64,000 nucleotides of DNA from positions 4,064,001 to 4,128,000 of the forward strand of contig OZ253580.1 in NCBI GenBank assembly GCA_965263035.1. The letters run 5' to 3'. Below the pieces are notes generated by a model. That model was not told the origin of the DNA. It worked only from the letters and a program-made list of their open reading frames with translations, and did not search any database. The stretch's first letter is position 1; each line of letters opens with the position of its first letter. A program made the position numbers and the translations under genes. Below are positions 47,847 to 58,103 of this stretch, piece by piece. The DNA comes from Acidobacteriota bacterium (GTDB taxonomy: Bacteria > Acidobacteriota > UBA6911 > RPQK01 > JAJDTT01).

Positions 47847-50327
47847 GTGGCGGCCTTCGGGCATGGTGTGAGAAAGGGACTCCGATACGCGGCGTGGGCC
47901 TTGCTGGCCTTGGCGCTCGGATCCTTTCTGGCTTTTCGGCATTTTGCCCGGCGGGCGTTGCCCCAGCTCGACGGAACCCGTGACGTACCCGGGCTCCAGC
48001 AGCCGGTCGAGATCGTGCGCGACCGTTGGGGCATCCCTCACATTTTTGCCGGCAGCGATACGGACGCCTATTTCGCTCTCGGCTACGTCCACGCCCAGGA
48101 CCGGCTCTTCCAGTTGGATCTGAATCGGCACGTCAGCCAGGGACGGCTGGCGGAGCTGGTGGGGGAACCGGGCCTGAATCTGGATCTCCTATTCCGTACC
48201 ATCGATCTCCACGGGCCTCCCCGCCGCATGCTGGAGCGGGCCCAACCGCCGGTTCGCTCGGCGGCACGGGCGTACGCTCTCGGCATCAACACCGCCGTCG
48301 TCGATCTGGACGGTGCCCTGCCTCTGGAGTTCACCCTCTTGGGCCATGCTTTCGAGCCGGTCGAACCGGACGATTTCGTGGGGCTGGTGGGGCTCATGAC
48401 CTGGGGATTGAATCTGTCTTGGGAGATGGACCGTTGTTACGAGCAGTTGGCGGCGCGCATGGGTGAAGAGCGTGCTTCGGAGCTTTTCCCCTTCCGTCGG
48501 GGTGGATCGCCGGCGGTCCATCCGTCGACCGGACCGAATTCGCTACCATCTTCGCCCCCCCCGGCCATGAAATCGGCTGCGGTCCTCGATCGCCTTGGGG
48601 AGTTGATTCCCGGTGCCGCAGGTGTTCACTTTCCGGGACGGTTCCTGATGCCGTTCAATGGAACGGGTGGCAGCAACAGCTGGGTGGTATCGCCCCGGCG
48701 CAGCGCGACGGGGCACGCCATCCTGGCCAACGATCCTCACCTGAGATTTTCCCTGCCATCCGTCTGGTATCAGACTCATCTCCGCGCTCCCGGTTTCGAC
48801 GTGGCGGGAGTCACGCTCCCCGGCCTGCCCTTCGTGGTGGTCGGACGAAACCGGAACCTCGCCTGGGGACTGACCAACGTGATGCAGGATGCGGCGGATT
48901 TCTTCGTGGAGAAGCTGGACGAGGACCGTCCCGGCCAAGTCATGTACCGAGGCAAATGGGTGGAGTTGGACAAACGGGTGGAGACGATCCGGGTCAAGGG
49001 TGGAGAATCCCGGTCGCTGGAGGTGCTGTCCACGCCCCATGGACCTCTGGTCAATCACCTGCTTCCCGAGATCCGAAAGCCGGTCTCCTACCGTTGGACC
49101 CTGCATGCCGCGGACCACTCCAACGAGTTGGAGGGGCTGTGGCTTCTGAACCGGGCCCGGAATTGGGAGGAGTTCCGCGCCTCCATGTCGCGGTTCGGCA
49201 CGGCGGCCCAGAACGTGGTCTACGCCGACCGGGAGGGACACATCGGCATGCAGACCGTCGGGGCCTTCCCGCGTCTGGATGGCCGAAACGAGGGGACCCG
49301 CTTCCGGGTGGGCTGGGACGGCAGCGAGGAATGGAACGGGTTCCATCCCTTCGAGGACCATCCGGTCACCTTCGATCCGCCCCAAGGTTGGTTGGCCTCG
49401 GCCAACAATCCCACGGTAGAGGCGCCCGGCCCCTTCTATATCTCCGCCTATTGGGAGCCGGTGGACCGCATCAGCCGGATTCGAGAGGTCCTGGCCTCTC
49501 GCGACCGGCTCTCGGTCGAGGACATGGAACGTCTCCAGGGAGATTCACTTCTGTGGGCGGCCCGGGAGATCATCCCCATGCTCCTGGAGGCATTCGATTC
49601 TCCTCCGCCCGCCGGAGACCCGGTGGGAGAGGCCCTCGGCATATTGCGCGGCTGGAACCATGTGATGGATGCCGGACAGACCGCGCCCACCCTGTTCGCC
49701 GTCTTCCACCGGCAGCTGTTCGAAGAGATCTTCGAGGACGAGCTGGGAGAAGGCCTGATCCGAGACTACCGTTCCCGAGGAAACCTGCCGGACAACATGG
49801 TTCGGACGGTCCTGAAGCGGGGAGCCCGGAGCTGGCTCGACCGGATCGAGACACCGCGCGTCGAGGAGTTGTCCGACATTCTCCGAGCCGCCTTCCGCAA
49901 GGCCGTGATCCGTGTCTCGACCCGTTGGGGTCCCGATCCCGGGAACTGGCTCTGGGGAGACGTCCACACCCTGACCCTGGCCCATCCCCTGGGGCGGACC
50001 TCCGGGCTTTTGGGAAGGTACTTCAACCTGGGACCCTTCCCGGTTCCGGGCTCTAACCGCACCGTGAAGAAGATGGAGTACCGGTCAGACGACTTCCGCG
50101 TCCTGTCCGGCGCCTCCGTGCGGCAGATCACCGACTTTTCGGATCCGGACCGATTCCAGGCCGCGATCCCCGGCGGCCAGTCGGGAATCCCGGCCTCGCC
50201 CCACTACGCCGACCTGGCGGATCTCTGGCTGACGGGCCGGTATCATCCGATCCCGCTGAACCGAGAGGCGATCGCGGAGTCGCACCGCCTGGTCCTTCGC
50301 CCGGAGCTGGCCGCCGCCAGCGAGTAG
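47847..50327 (+). CDS. Penicillin acylase family Ntn-hydrolase
   Basis: RDRWGIPHI, GYVHAQDRLFQ, autocatalytic GSNSW, LANDPHL, SANN, GGQSG.PASPHY. Confidence 0.93.
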   Translation: MAAFGHGVRKGLRYAAWALLALALGSFLAFRHFARRALPQLDGTRDVPGLQQPVEIVRDRWGIPHIFAGSDTDAYFALGYVHAQDRLFQLDLNRHVSQGRLAELVGEPGLNLDLLFRTIDLHGPPRRMLERAQPPVRSAARAYALGINTAVVDLDGALPLEFTLLGHAFEPVEPDDFVGLVGLMTWGLNLSWEMDRCYEQLAARMGEERASELFPFRRGGSPAVHPSTGPNSLPSSPPPAMKSAAVLDRLGELIPGAAGVHFPGRFLMPFNGTGGSNSWVVSPRRSATGHAILANDPHLRFSLPSVWYQTHLRAPGFDVAGVTLPGLPFVVVGRNRNLAWGLTNVMQDAADFFVEKLDEDRPGQVMYRGKWVELDKRVETIRVKGGESRSLEVLSTPHGPLVNHLLPEIRKPVSYRWTLHAADHSNELEGLWLLNRARNWEEFRASMSRFGTAAQNVVYADREGHIGMQTVGAFPRLDGRNEGTRFRVGWDGSEEWNGFHPFEDHPVTFDPPQGWLASANNPTVEAPGPFYISAYWEPVDRISRIREVLASRDRLSVEDMERLQGDSLLWAAREIIPMLLEAFDSPPPAGDPVGEALGILRGWNHVMDAGQTAPTLFAVFHRQLFEEIFEDELGEGLIRDYRSRGNLPDNMVRTVLKRGARSWLDRIETPRVEELSDILRAAFRKAVIRVSTRWGPDPGNWLWGDVHTLTLAHPLGRTSGLLGRYFNLGPFPVPGSNRTVKKMEYRSDDFRVLSGASVRQITDFSDPDRFQAAIPGGQSGIPASPHYADLADLWLTGRYHPIPLNREAIAESHRLVLRPELAAASE

Positions 50328-50540
50328 CAGCACCGAATTCTTCTGGGGACCCGAAGCGAATCGGGAGAACTTCGACGGGGGAGCGCCGCCCGGGCCCGTC
50401 CGACCCCGGCGAGAGACAGTCGCCGTAACCAAGGGATTCCGGCGGCCTTTTTCAGCAGGCAGAATGCATCAGCCGTCGAATGCCGCGACGATCCCCACTC
50501 CGGTCCTCCGGGCAACTCTCACAGAAAATCGCTCCCTTGC

Positions 50541-50570
50541 TTGCTTTCCGGAAATTGTCCGGTGTAGCCT
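50541..50570 (+). promoter_or_regulatory. Possible promoter for the TBDR locus
   Basis: TTGCTT-N18-TAGCCT about 335 nt upstream of ATG 50906. Confidence 0.35.
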
Positions 50571-50905
50571 GTCATCAACAATTTTCATCGGGTCGCCAGC
50601 AATTTAGTAAGTCCGAAAGATGACGTCGGGGACCCGCCGAGCACGCCGTCCTGAGTTGCCAGTAGGGGGTCCAGCTTGCCGTCATTGATTCGTTTGTCGG
50701 TCAATGCCCTTTCCAGTCCTGTACTCCCGCTAATCGCCGACCGGCAAACCTCTCGCAGTATCGGAACACCTGGAACCGGAAACCCTTCCGGCAGTCGTGC
50801 GACTCGCATCCGCCGTCATCTTGCTCCGGCAAATTCGAGACAGGTCCAGCGCCCTTTCATCCTTGTGGGTGATCCCGAAAATCTTCCAACTTTAGGGGGG
50901 ATGAC

Positions 50906-53900
50906 ATGCGAATTCGGAAACAGATTTTTGGCATCGGTCCCATGAAGTCAGTCGTGGTGTTGGCGGCCCTGTGCGGTCTGCTGCTGCCGTCGATGGTGAC
51001 GGCCCAGACCATGAACAGCGACCTCACGGGGGTCGTTCGGGACTCCACGGGAGGCGTGATCCCGGGCGTTACCGCCATGGCGACCAACGAGAGCAACCGG
51101 GCCCAGCGATCGGCGGTCACCAACGATCTCGGAGTCTATCGCCTCGCCGGTATCCAGCCCGGCACCTACACCGTGGAGGCGGAACTGACGGGATTCAAAC
51201 GATTCGTACAGACCGGCATCGTCGTGTCCCCGGGACTGCTGAGACGCGTGGACATCGTTCTTGATGTCGGGGACGTCACCGACTCGGTGATCGTCACCGA
51301 CGAAGTTCCGGTCATCCAGTCGAACAACGCCACGATTTCGACGGCGCTTCCCTCACAGGTCCGTGACAAGCCCATCGCCAGCATGACGCGAGGGGCGCTT
51401 CTGGGAGAACAGATGATCTGGGCTGCGGGTTCGGCCGCGGGCGGCGTTTACGGGTTCGTCGGCAACCGCGCGGACATGAACCAGTACAACGTCGAAGGCA
51501 TGCAGTACAACTTCATCAGCGCCTCGGTCTCCAACAACATCATCCAGGAAGTCAGCGCCGTGCTGAGCAATGCGCCCGCGGAGTACGCTCGGCCGGTGAC
51601 CCTGAACGCCACTTTGAAGAGCGGGACCAACGAGTACCATGCGGAGTATTGGATGGCCGCGGTCAATCCTTGCCTGAACGCGTTGAGAAGCCCGTTCTCG
51701 CCGGCCCGAGCCAGCCGAGCGCCCTGTGTCACGGCGAAACGGCAGTTCTTCAATGTCGGCGGTCCGATTCTCAAGGACCGGGTGTTCTTCTTCTATTCCT
51801 GGGCTCGGCCGAATTCGTTTTCGAATCTGTCGAACTCCCGGCCCCAATCCTTCCCCAGCCTGCGCATGCAAGGTGGAGACTTCTCCCTGTATCCGTCGAA
51901 GATCATCGATCCTACGACCGGAGAACAGTTTCCCGGGAACGTCATTCCCGCCGGCCGCATCAGTTCCGTCGCGCAGGCGATCATGAACGACTTCATGGGG
52001 AGTTCGGTCAATTACCTCGGTGCTCCGGAGAGCTATACCAACAACGTCCAGCAATTGGCCGGCCGGTATCGTCAGGACAACGACCACAACATCAAGACCG
52101 ATTTCAACGTCGGCGGCAACGACAGCTTCTCCTTTCATGCGGTGCGGCACAAAGTCCTCAGCAACACGGATCGCCACCACCCGAGCACCGGAACCAGCAA
52201 CGCCCTGCACACGACTCTGCAGGACAACGTCTTCAACTGGCAGTCGGGCGTGACCCACAGCCATGTCTTCGGGCCGGGCGTGGTCAACCAGATGCGATTG
52301 GGCGCGACCCGTTTCGTTTACATCCACCGGCAGTTGAAGGACTGGGAAGGGGACGCCGAGAGCGCGCAGGGTCCGGAATTTGTGGACCGCTGGGGTCTTC
52401 AAGGAGTCGCGGTGCCCGACCTTTCGGGAATGCCCCATATCAACATCGCCAACTGGCTGCGGACCTATTCCGACAACGAGAGCGCCACTTATGACACCAG
52501 GTATTCGTTCTTCAACGACCTCTCGGTGACCGAAGGTAACCACAACATCAAGATCGGCGTTTCGGCGGTTAAGCTGCTGCACGACGGTCCGGCCAATGGG
52601 TTTTACTTCGGCAACTTCAATTTCAGCAACATATTCACCGGAGCCCAGGTGGCCAAGGACCCCATGACCTGCGCGGCCCCGGCCGTCTGCGGAGATGGTT
52701 TCGCAGACTTCCTGCTGGGTTTGCCGAGTTCCCAGACTCGGTATCAGCCCCGTTCCGTCATCGCTCGCCGGAAATGGGAGTGGGGGGCGTTCATCCAGGA
52801 CGATTTCCGGATCAACGACAAGTTGAACATCTCCTATGGACTGCGCTGGAGCCGCTATACGGTTCCCTACGACAAGAACGGAATGTACTACAACTTCGAC
52901 CCGGACAGCCTCTCCATCGTGGTGCCGAACGAGTTCGCCCGGGAGCGGATCCATCCCTCTTGGCCGACCCACACCTTCCCCATCAAGTTGGCCGGTGAGG
53001 CCGGGTTCCCGGGCAAGCTGATCGAAGGCTCCAACAGTTGGCAGCCTCGCGTCGGATTTGCCTATCGAATGACTCCGAAAACGGTGCTTCGCGGAGGCTG
53101 GGGGATCTACAACGGAGCTTCCCGCTTCCTGCCGCTCCAGGCGTTCGGTCCCTTCGTGGTTTCCGAGAGTTTCACCAATGAAGTCCGTACGGGCAGCCCC
53201 ACGGGCACCTTGTATTCTTGGCCCAACGCTTTCCCCACGGCCTCGGACGTCATCACCGTCAGCAGCGCCTTCGGGTTCGCCAAGGACTATCACGAAGCGT
53301 GGACGCACAACTGGAACGTGACCTATGAACGGGAAATCGCCACCAACTGGGGCGTGCAGGCCACTTATCGGGGAGTGAAGAGCAATGATCTGCTCTGGGG
53401 CCGGAATCTGAACGCCATCATGGCCAGCGGCACTCCTTGGAGCCGGGATCGGTTGCCCTGGCCGAATCTCGGCAGCGTGAACTTCGTCGAGAACGGCGGA
53501 GACAGCATCTACAACGGGATCGAGTTCCGGCTGACCCATCCCTGGGTCAACGGCCTGCACTCACAGCTCTCGCTGACCAAGCAGTGGTCCGGGGGCCTGA
53601 ACGCGCCCATCTGGGCCACCGATCAGGGGATCACCTGGCCCGAGTATCCCTTCGACCTCGACCGCGACCGGGTGGCGATGGCGACACCCTGGCCCAGCCA
53701 CGACATCCTCTGGAACTTCATCGCGGAGATGCCGTTCGGCCGCGGCAAGCGGTTCTTCGCCGACCTGAACCCGGTGATGAATGCGATCGCCGGAAACTGG
53801 ACCTTCACGGGAGCCTTCTCCTGGCGGTCGGGAATCGGGCTGACGCCAAACTGGGGCGGGGTCGACTTTGCCAACTACGGCAGGTTCGGCGGCCGTCCCA

Positions 53901-54274
53901 ACCAGACCTGCAATGACCCGAACGGGGGGCCCAAGGCCGTCCGTGGTCAATGGTTCAATACGCGGTGCTATGAGGTGCCCAGCGCCGGATCCCTCGGCAA
54001 TGCGCAGATCAACTCCATCGTCGGGCCCGGAGCCTGGATCTTCAATCTGAACCCGTACAAGGAGTTCGAGCTCAACTTCCTCCGCGAAGGCGCCCGGATC
54101 CAGCTCGGAGCCAACATCGTCAACGTCCTCAATCATCCCGTCTACGGCAACCCCGTCACCACCGTGAACAGCGCCACCGCCGGCCAGATCCGGGGATCGG
54201 GGAATGCTCGGGGGATGTGGCACGATTCCTTGGGTCAGCGCAAGGTCGTGGTGGATATGCGGTTCATCTTTTGA
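50906..54274 (+). CDS. TonB-dependent receptor, Oar-like, with N-terminal carboxypeptidase-regulatory-like domain
   Basis: Signal peptide, GVVRDSTGGVIPGVT...GTYTVEAELTGFK, KSGTNEYH, FIQDDFRI..LNISYGLR, PRVGFAY, terminal MRFIF. Confidence 0.92.
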   Translation: MRIRKQIFGIGPMKSVVVLAALCGLLLPSMVTAQTMNSDLTGVVRDSTGGVIPGVTAMATNESNRAQRSAVTNDLGVYRLAGIQPGTYTVEAELTGFKRFVQTGIVVSPGLLRRVDIVLDVGDVTDSVIVTDEVPVIQSNNATISTALPSQVRDKPIASMTRGALLGEQMIWAAGSAAGGVYGFVGNRADMNQYNVEGMQYNFISASVSNNIIQEVSAVLSNAPAEYARPVTLNATLKSGTNEYHAEYWMAAVNPCLNALRSPFSPARASRAPCVTAKRQFFNVGGPILKDRVFFFYSWARPNSFSNLSNSRPQSFPSLRMQGGDFSLYPSKIIDPTTGEQFPGNVIPAGRISSVAQAIMNDFMGSSVNYLGAPESYTNNVQQLAGRYRQDNDHNIKTDFNVGGNDSFSFHAVRHKVLSNTDRHHPSTGTSNALHTTLQDNVFNWQSGVTHSHVFGPGVVNQMRLGATRFVYIHRQLKDWEGDAESAQGPEFVDRWGLQGVAVPDLSGMPHINIANWLRTYSDNESATYDTRYSFFNDLSVTEGNHNIKIGVSAVKLLHDGPANGFYFGNFNFSNIFTGAQVAKDPMTCAAPAVCGDGFADFLLGLPSSQTRYQPRSVIARRKWEWGAFIQDDFRINDKLNISYGLRWSRYTVPYDKNGMYYNFDPDSLSIVVPNEFARERIHPSWPTHTFPIKLAGEAGFPGKLIEGSNSWQPRVGFAYRMTPKTVLRGGWGIYNGASRFLPLQAFGPFVVSESFTNEVRTGSPTGTLYSWPNAFPTASDVITVSSAFGFAKDYHEAWTHNWNVTYEREIATNWGVQATYRGVKSNDLLWGRNLNAIMASGTPWSRDRLPWPNLGSVNFVENGGDSIYNGIEFRLTHPWVNGLHSQLSLTKQWSGGLNAPIWATDQGITWPEYPFDLDRDRVAMATPWPSHDILWNFIAEMPFGRGKRFFADLNPVMNAIAGNWTFTGAFSWRSGIGLTPNWGGVDFANYGRFGGRPNQTCNDPNGGPKAVRGQWFNTRCYEVPSAGSLGNAQINSIVGPGAWIFNLNPYKEFELNFLREGARIQLGANIVNVLNHPVYGNPVTTVNSATAGQIRGSGNARGMWHDSLGQRKVVVDMRFIF

Positions 54275-54281
54275 GAAACAC

Positions 54282-54306
54282 GTAGGGGCGCCCCTTATGG
54301 GCGCCC
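54282..54306 (+). repeat. GTAG-type REP palindrome
   Basis: GTAG-GGGCGCCC-CTTAT-GGGCGCCC just after the TBDR stop. Confidence 0.75.
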
Positions 54307-54334
54307 TCTTTCGTCCTCTGAGGAGGATCGACTT

Positions 54335-54572
54335 GGAGGGGGGGCATTCTTGTCCCCCACTCTTCCTCCACGTTCCATTGGGAGTCAGCGGCTAGGAGTC
54401 TGCGCGGTAGAAATGATCGTAGCGAGAAAGCGGGGAATCGAGGCCAGATTTTCTCGATTTGGAGGTGCATAGTTGTTCTATTCGCCGACAAATCGGGGAA
54501 ATATGGGCCGATTCCACCGCTTTCGCAGTAGATCAATTTCTGCGGCGCAGGCTCCTAGAGAGCCGTTGCTCC
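54335..54572. repeat. REP-like doublet whose second palindrome is interrupted by MITE copy 3
   Basis: GGAGGGGGGGCATTCTTGTCCCCC ... GCGG[CTAG-MITE-CTAG]AGAGCCGTTGCTCC. Confidence 0.65.
54392..54558 (+). mobile_element. 159-bp palindromic MITE, copy 3 (core 54396-54554) with CTAG duplication
   Basis: About 5 substitutions relative to copy 1; perfect CTAG flanks. Confidence 0.9.
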
Positions 54573-54720
54573 AACGCTGCCGGAACCAAGGACGAGTTTC
54601 TCCCACTAATTCGCCGGGGCCCCGGCCGGTGGGGGAGCTTCTAACGGCCTGCGCCGAGTGATTGGATATTCTTCCAACCGGGCGGCGGGCGGCTTTCGTG
54701 GGCCGGAATCGGGGGGTGAA

Positions 54721-57039
54721 ATGGCATCCAAGCGGCGATCCACCGGCGGTTCCATCGTTCCGGCTCTGAAGGGCCGTTCGGAGCGGATCGGACACGGTTG
54801 GTTTTGGCCCCCGGCCGGAATTCTCCTTCTAATGATCCCGTTAGCGGGCTTCCTGCCGAGTTGCACCCAGTCTCCCTCCTCGCCGGTGAGTGTCGTGGTC
54901 GGGCCTTCGGCTTCCGAGTTGGAGCAGTTCGCGGCCAGCGAGCTTTGCGGTTACCTGGAACAGCTCTTCGACGTTCGGGTCCGCCCGGTCTCCGAACCGC
55001 CCGCCTCCACCGAAGCGGTTCTCCTTCTGGGCTCGCCTGAGACCAACCCCCTTCTCGGCCAGGCGCTTCCAGCCGGCTCGTTTCCCGAACTGACCGATCA
55101 AGGCCTGGTGCTGCGGACCATCGACTTCGAAGGCCGGCCGGCGCTTGTGGTCGGCGGCGGAAGTCCCCGCGCCACCCTGTGGGCGGTCTACGAGCTGGCC
55201 GAGCGCTGGGGTGTCCGGTACCTCATCGACCGCGACGTCCTGCCTCCGAAGAAGCCGTTCCAGCTTCCGCAACTGGACGCGGTCATGGAGCCGGTCTTCC
55301 GGGTTCGCGCCCACCCCACCATCCAGGATCTGGTGGCCAGCATGGAGGGATGGGGCATCTCCGACTTCCGGCCTCTGATCGATCAGTTGGCCAAGATGAA
55401 GTTCACCCGGATCAACGTCTATGCCTTCGGATGGCAGCCCTACCTGCACTGGGAGCACAAGGGAATTGAGCGCAGTTCGGCCCATCTCTGGTACGGCTAC
55501 CACTATCCCATCACTCCGGACACCATCGGGCGGTCCCTTTTCGGAGACGTTTCCCAGTATTGGAATCGCGATCTTCCGCTCACCTCCTCCTATCCCGAAT
55601 TGATCGAGGCGGGGCAGCAACTGGTTCGAAACCTGATGGACCATATCCACAAACGGGGCATGGAGACCGCGTATGCCGCTCCGGTGATCGACTTCCCGCC
55701 GGAGTTCGCGCCGCTGCTCGACGGCGCCGAGCAGAGCGCGCAACTGAGTGGGATGTCGGTGGTTCCTGGACAAGACACGCCTCTGGAGGACCCCGAGCTC
55801 TTCGGCCTCTCCGCCGCCGTCCTGCGGGCGACGCTCAACAGCTATCCCAAGACCGACGTGATCACCGTGTTCATGCCGGAGTTCCGGCAATGGATCGGGG
55901 AGTACGAGCGGGCGTGGGAGGCCCTCGACGAAAAATACGGAGTCGGGGAGCTGCTCTCCCTGAGCCGGATCACCTCCGACGTGCAGCATCGCAAGGGATC
56001 GGAAGGGAGTCCCGAGCGGGCGCTCAACGAGCTCAAGGGGGATATCGCCAACCTCTACTTCTTCGACCGGCTCCTGCGCGACCCCGAGGTATTGAAGGGA
56101 ACCTCGCGCTCCCGGATCCGGGTCAACTGTTTCGGAGTCTCGGAAGAGCTCTATCCGATCCTGGACCGGATCTGGCCGGCGGACTGGACTCTGGAGAGCA
56201 TGCCCTCCAATCAGCCGGTCCACCTCCTGCGGCGGATCGAGATTCTCAAGGATCTCCCTTCTCAAGTCCTGGGCATCCTGAACCTGACTCTGGACGACGA
56301 CAACATCGGAGTCATGCCCCAGCTCACCACCAACTCGCTGTACGAGATCATCCAGGTCATGCACCGTCACGGTTGGCAGGGAGTCATCGCCCGGGAGCGA
56401 TTCCCCGGAGACCATGACTGGCCCCTCGCCTACCTTGCGCGTGCGTCCTGGGATCCGGACGTCACTCCCGACGCGGTGGCGCGGGATCAGTTGAAGGCGA
56501 TCTGCGGCGAGGGATGCGTCGAGGACATGCTGGCGGCGTACCATGAAGTGGAGGCGGTGACCATCGCCTTGGCCAGGTCGGCATTCGCGTTTCCGGCGGA
56601 CTGGCCTCCGGCGACGTCATTTTCGCCGGGCGGCATGTTGATGAAATACTGGTATCTGAAGGACCGCGCGACTCCGCCCTATGTTGACGAGGCCCATGAG
56701 GGCTATTCACGGGCTCTGGAGTCGGCCCGGAAGGCCCGCGCCCAGGCGACACCGGAGGGTCGCTGGTACGTGGATTTCTGGGTCGGCCGCCTGGAGTTCG
56801 CCCAGCACTACGTGGAGGCGGTGCAGGCGGTTCACCGGTCCGCCACCGCATTCCGTTCCGGCGACCGGGCCGGCGCCGTCAAGGAAGCCGACCAGGCCAT
56901 GGCCGTTCTGCGAAAGGGCCTGGAAGCCTATGTCCCGGTAGTGCGCAACCGGACCGACCTGGCGGCCATTGCTTTGGTCAACCAGTCGTACCGGCAACTG
57001 TTTCAAAGGCGATGGTCGGTGAAGACCTGGGGCTACTGA
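54721..57039 (+). CDS. Putative lipoprotein with GH67/GH20-type N-terminal domain (uncharacterised glycoside hydrolase-like)
   Basis: Lipobox-like FLPSC; VVVGPSASELEQFAASELCGYLEQL...DQGLVL...GGSPRATLWAVYELAERWGVRY; LIDQLAKMKFTRI. Confidence 0.65.
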   Translation: MASKRRSTGGSIVPALKGRSERIGHGWFWPPAGILLLMIPLAGFLPSCTQSPSSPVSVVVGPSASELEQFAASELCGYLEQLFDVRVRPVSEPPASTEAVLLLGSPETNPLLGQALPAGSFPELTDQGLVLRTIDFEGRPALVVGGGSPRATLWAVYELAERWGVRYLIDRDVLPPKKPFQLPQLDAVMEPVFRVRAHPTIQDLVASMEGWGISDFRPLIDQLAKMKFTRINVYAFGWQPYLHWEHKGIERSSAHLWYGYHYPITPDTIGRSLFGDVSQYWNRDLPLTSSYPELIEAGQQLVRNLMDHIHKRGMETAYAAPVIDFPPEFAPLLDGAEQSAQLSGMSVVPGQDTPLEDPELFGLSAAVLRATLNSYPKTDVITVFMPEFRQWIGEYERAWEALDEKYGVGELLSLSRITSDVQHRKGSEGSPERALNELKGDIANLYFFDRLLRDPEVLKGTSRSRIRVNCFGVSEELYPILDRIWPADWTLESMPSNQPVHLLRRIEILKDLPSQVLGILNLTLDDDNIGVMPQLTTNSLYEIIQVMHRHGWQGVIARERFPGDHDWPLAYLARASWDPDVTPDAVARDQLKAICGEGCVEDMLAAYHEVEAVTIALARSAFAFPADWPPATSFSPGGMLMKYWYLKDRATPPYVDEAHEGYSRALESARKARAQATPEGRWYVDFWVGRLEFAQHYVEAVQAVHRSATAFRSGDRAGAVKEADQAMAVLRKGLEAYVPVVRNRTDLAAIALVNQSYRQLFQRRWSVKTWGY

Positions 57040-57087
57040 CCGGCCTCCCTGCCTTCGACGCCGACCGATATCAAGGAAGGGAGATCC

Positions 57088-58026
57088 ATGGTCACACGAC
57101 GAGAGTTCATGGGGTATGTTGCCGGGGGGGCCCTGGTGAACTTCCTGGATCCGGGCGCCGCCCTCGGACATGGAGAGGCCGGGGAGCCGAGGCTGACCCT
57201 CCGGCCCTATGAGTGGGAAGGCCCCTATGCCGAATTCCGCAATCAAGGGGCGCGGCATGACTGGCGCCTGTGTGCTGCATTGCGGGCTCCCTGGATGAGC
57301 TCGGAGGAGCGCCTGATCCTCCGGACCTCCGAGATCGTGGGCTACGAGCAGGCTTACCTCTACGACGATCATTTCCCGCCCTACCAGCCGGAGGGCAGGG
57401 GAAAAGGGTATCGCCACATTCCTTTCGAGTGGCGTGAAACGAGCGGTGACGAGGAACTTTCGGCGGACTGTCCGGTTCCCGGACACGGCCGTTTCTGGCT
57501 CCATCTGTCGGCTCGGAGCGACTACCTGGACATCCGTCTGGGGATTCAGAACGGCCTCGGCCGTCCCATGGGGAAGGTGGATTGGCATTTCTGCGTGGTG
57601 GGACTCGAGAGCCGTTTCTCGGACCCCGGTCGGAAGCGAACCTACCTTTTCGACGAGGGTCGGCTGCGCACCTTCAACGAGCTGAGCGGCGGCCCCAAGA
57701 TGGAACTGTTCAACGTTCACGGCGCCGGCGGGTTCATCCCGGTCGGACACGAAATGCTTCCCGTGAGTCCCGCCATCGCCGAAGCGCCCCTCGTGATCGT
57801 CCAGTCCTCGGACCGGCGGCACGTAGCGGCCCTGGCCTTTGAACGGGCCTACGCCATCTACGGCGATCCTGTCGGGAACAAGTGCTTCCACGCCGATCCC
57901 TATTTCGGTTCTCTCACCACGGCCGGCGAGGAACGCCGCCTCAAAGGCCGGCTCTACGTCATGCGAGGGACGCCGCAGGATGCCCTCGACCGCTACCGGA
58001 GAGACTTCCAATCCGGCGCGGCGTAG
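57088..58026 (+). CDS. Tat-exported hypothetical protein, possibly galactose-mutarotase-like beta-sandwich
   Basis: TRREFM twin-arginine signal; GGAG RBS; beta-rich; CFHADP motif. Confidence 0.7.
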   Translation: MVTRREFMGYVAGGALVNFLDPGAALGHGEAGEPRLTLRPYEWEGPYAEFRNQGARHDWRLCAALRAPWMSSEERLILRTSEIVGYEQAYLYDDHFPPYQPEGRGKGYRHIPFEWRETSGDEELSADCPVPGHGRFWLHLSARSDYLDIRLGIQNGLGRPMGKVDWHFCVVGLESRFSDPGRKRTYLFDEGRLRTFNELSGGPKMELFNVHGAGGFIPVGHEMLPVSPAIAEAPLVIVQSSDRRHVAALAFERAYAIYGDPVGNKCFHADPYFGSLTTAGEERRLKGRLYVMRGTPQDALDRYRRDFQSGAA

Positions 58027-58103
58027 TGACGGCAACGCTGAAGAACGTTATTGGGAGCGCTTCGACCCTTCCTGACGATCCTTTCTGACTCTGAAACACG
58101 GGA

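Noticed and set aside
50446-50460. TTTTTCAGCAGGC resembling an IS/MITE end
   Set aside because: No matching opposite end or duplication found nearby
50600-50800. c-di-GMP-I (GGCAAACC) or c-di-AMP (GGGGACCC) riboswitch
   Set aside because: Only isolated words match; the required GNRA-capped P2 pairing and the CAGCTAAC-type 3' motif are missing
54264-54795. Short ORFs running through MITE copies (also 30915-31133 and 31116-31997)
   Set aside because: Products of the repeat sequence; no RBS or homology support
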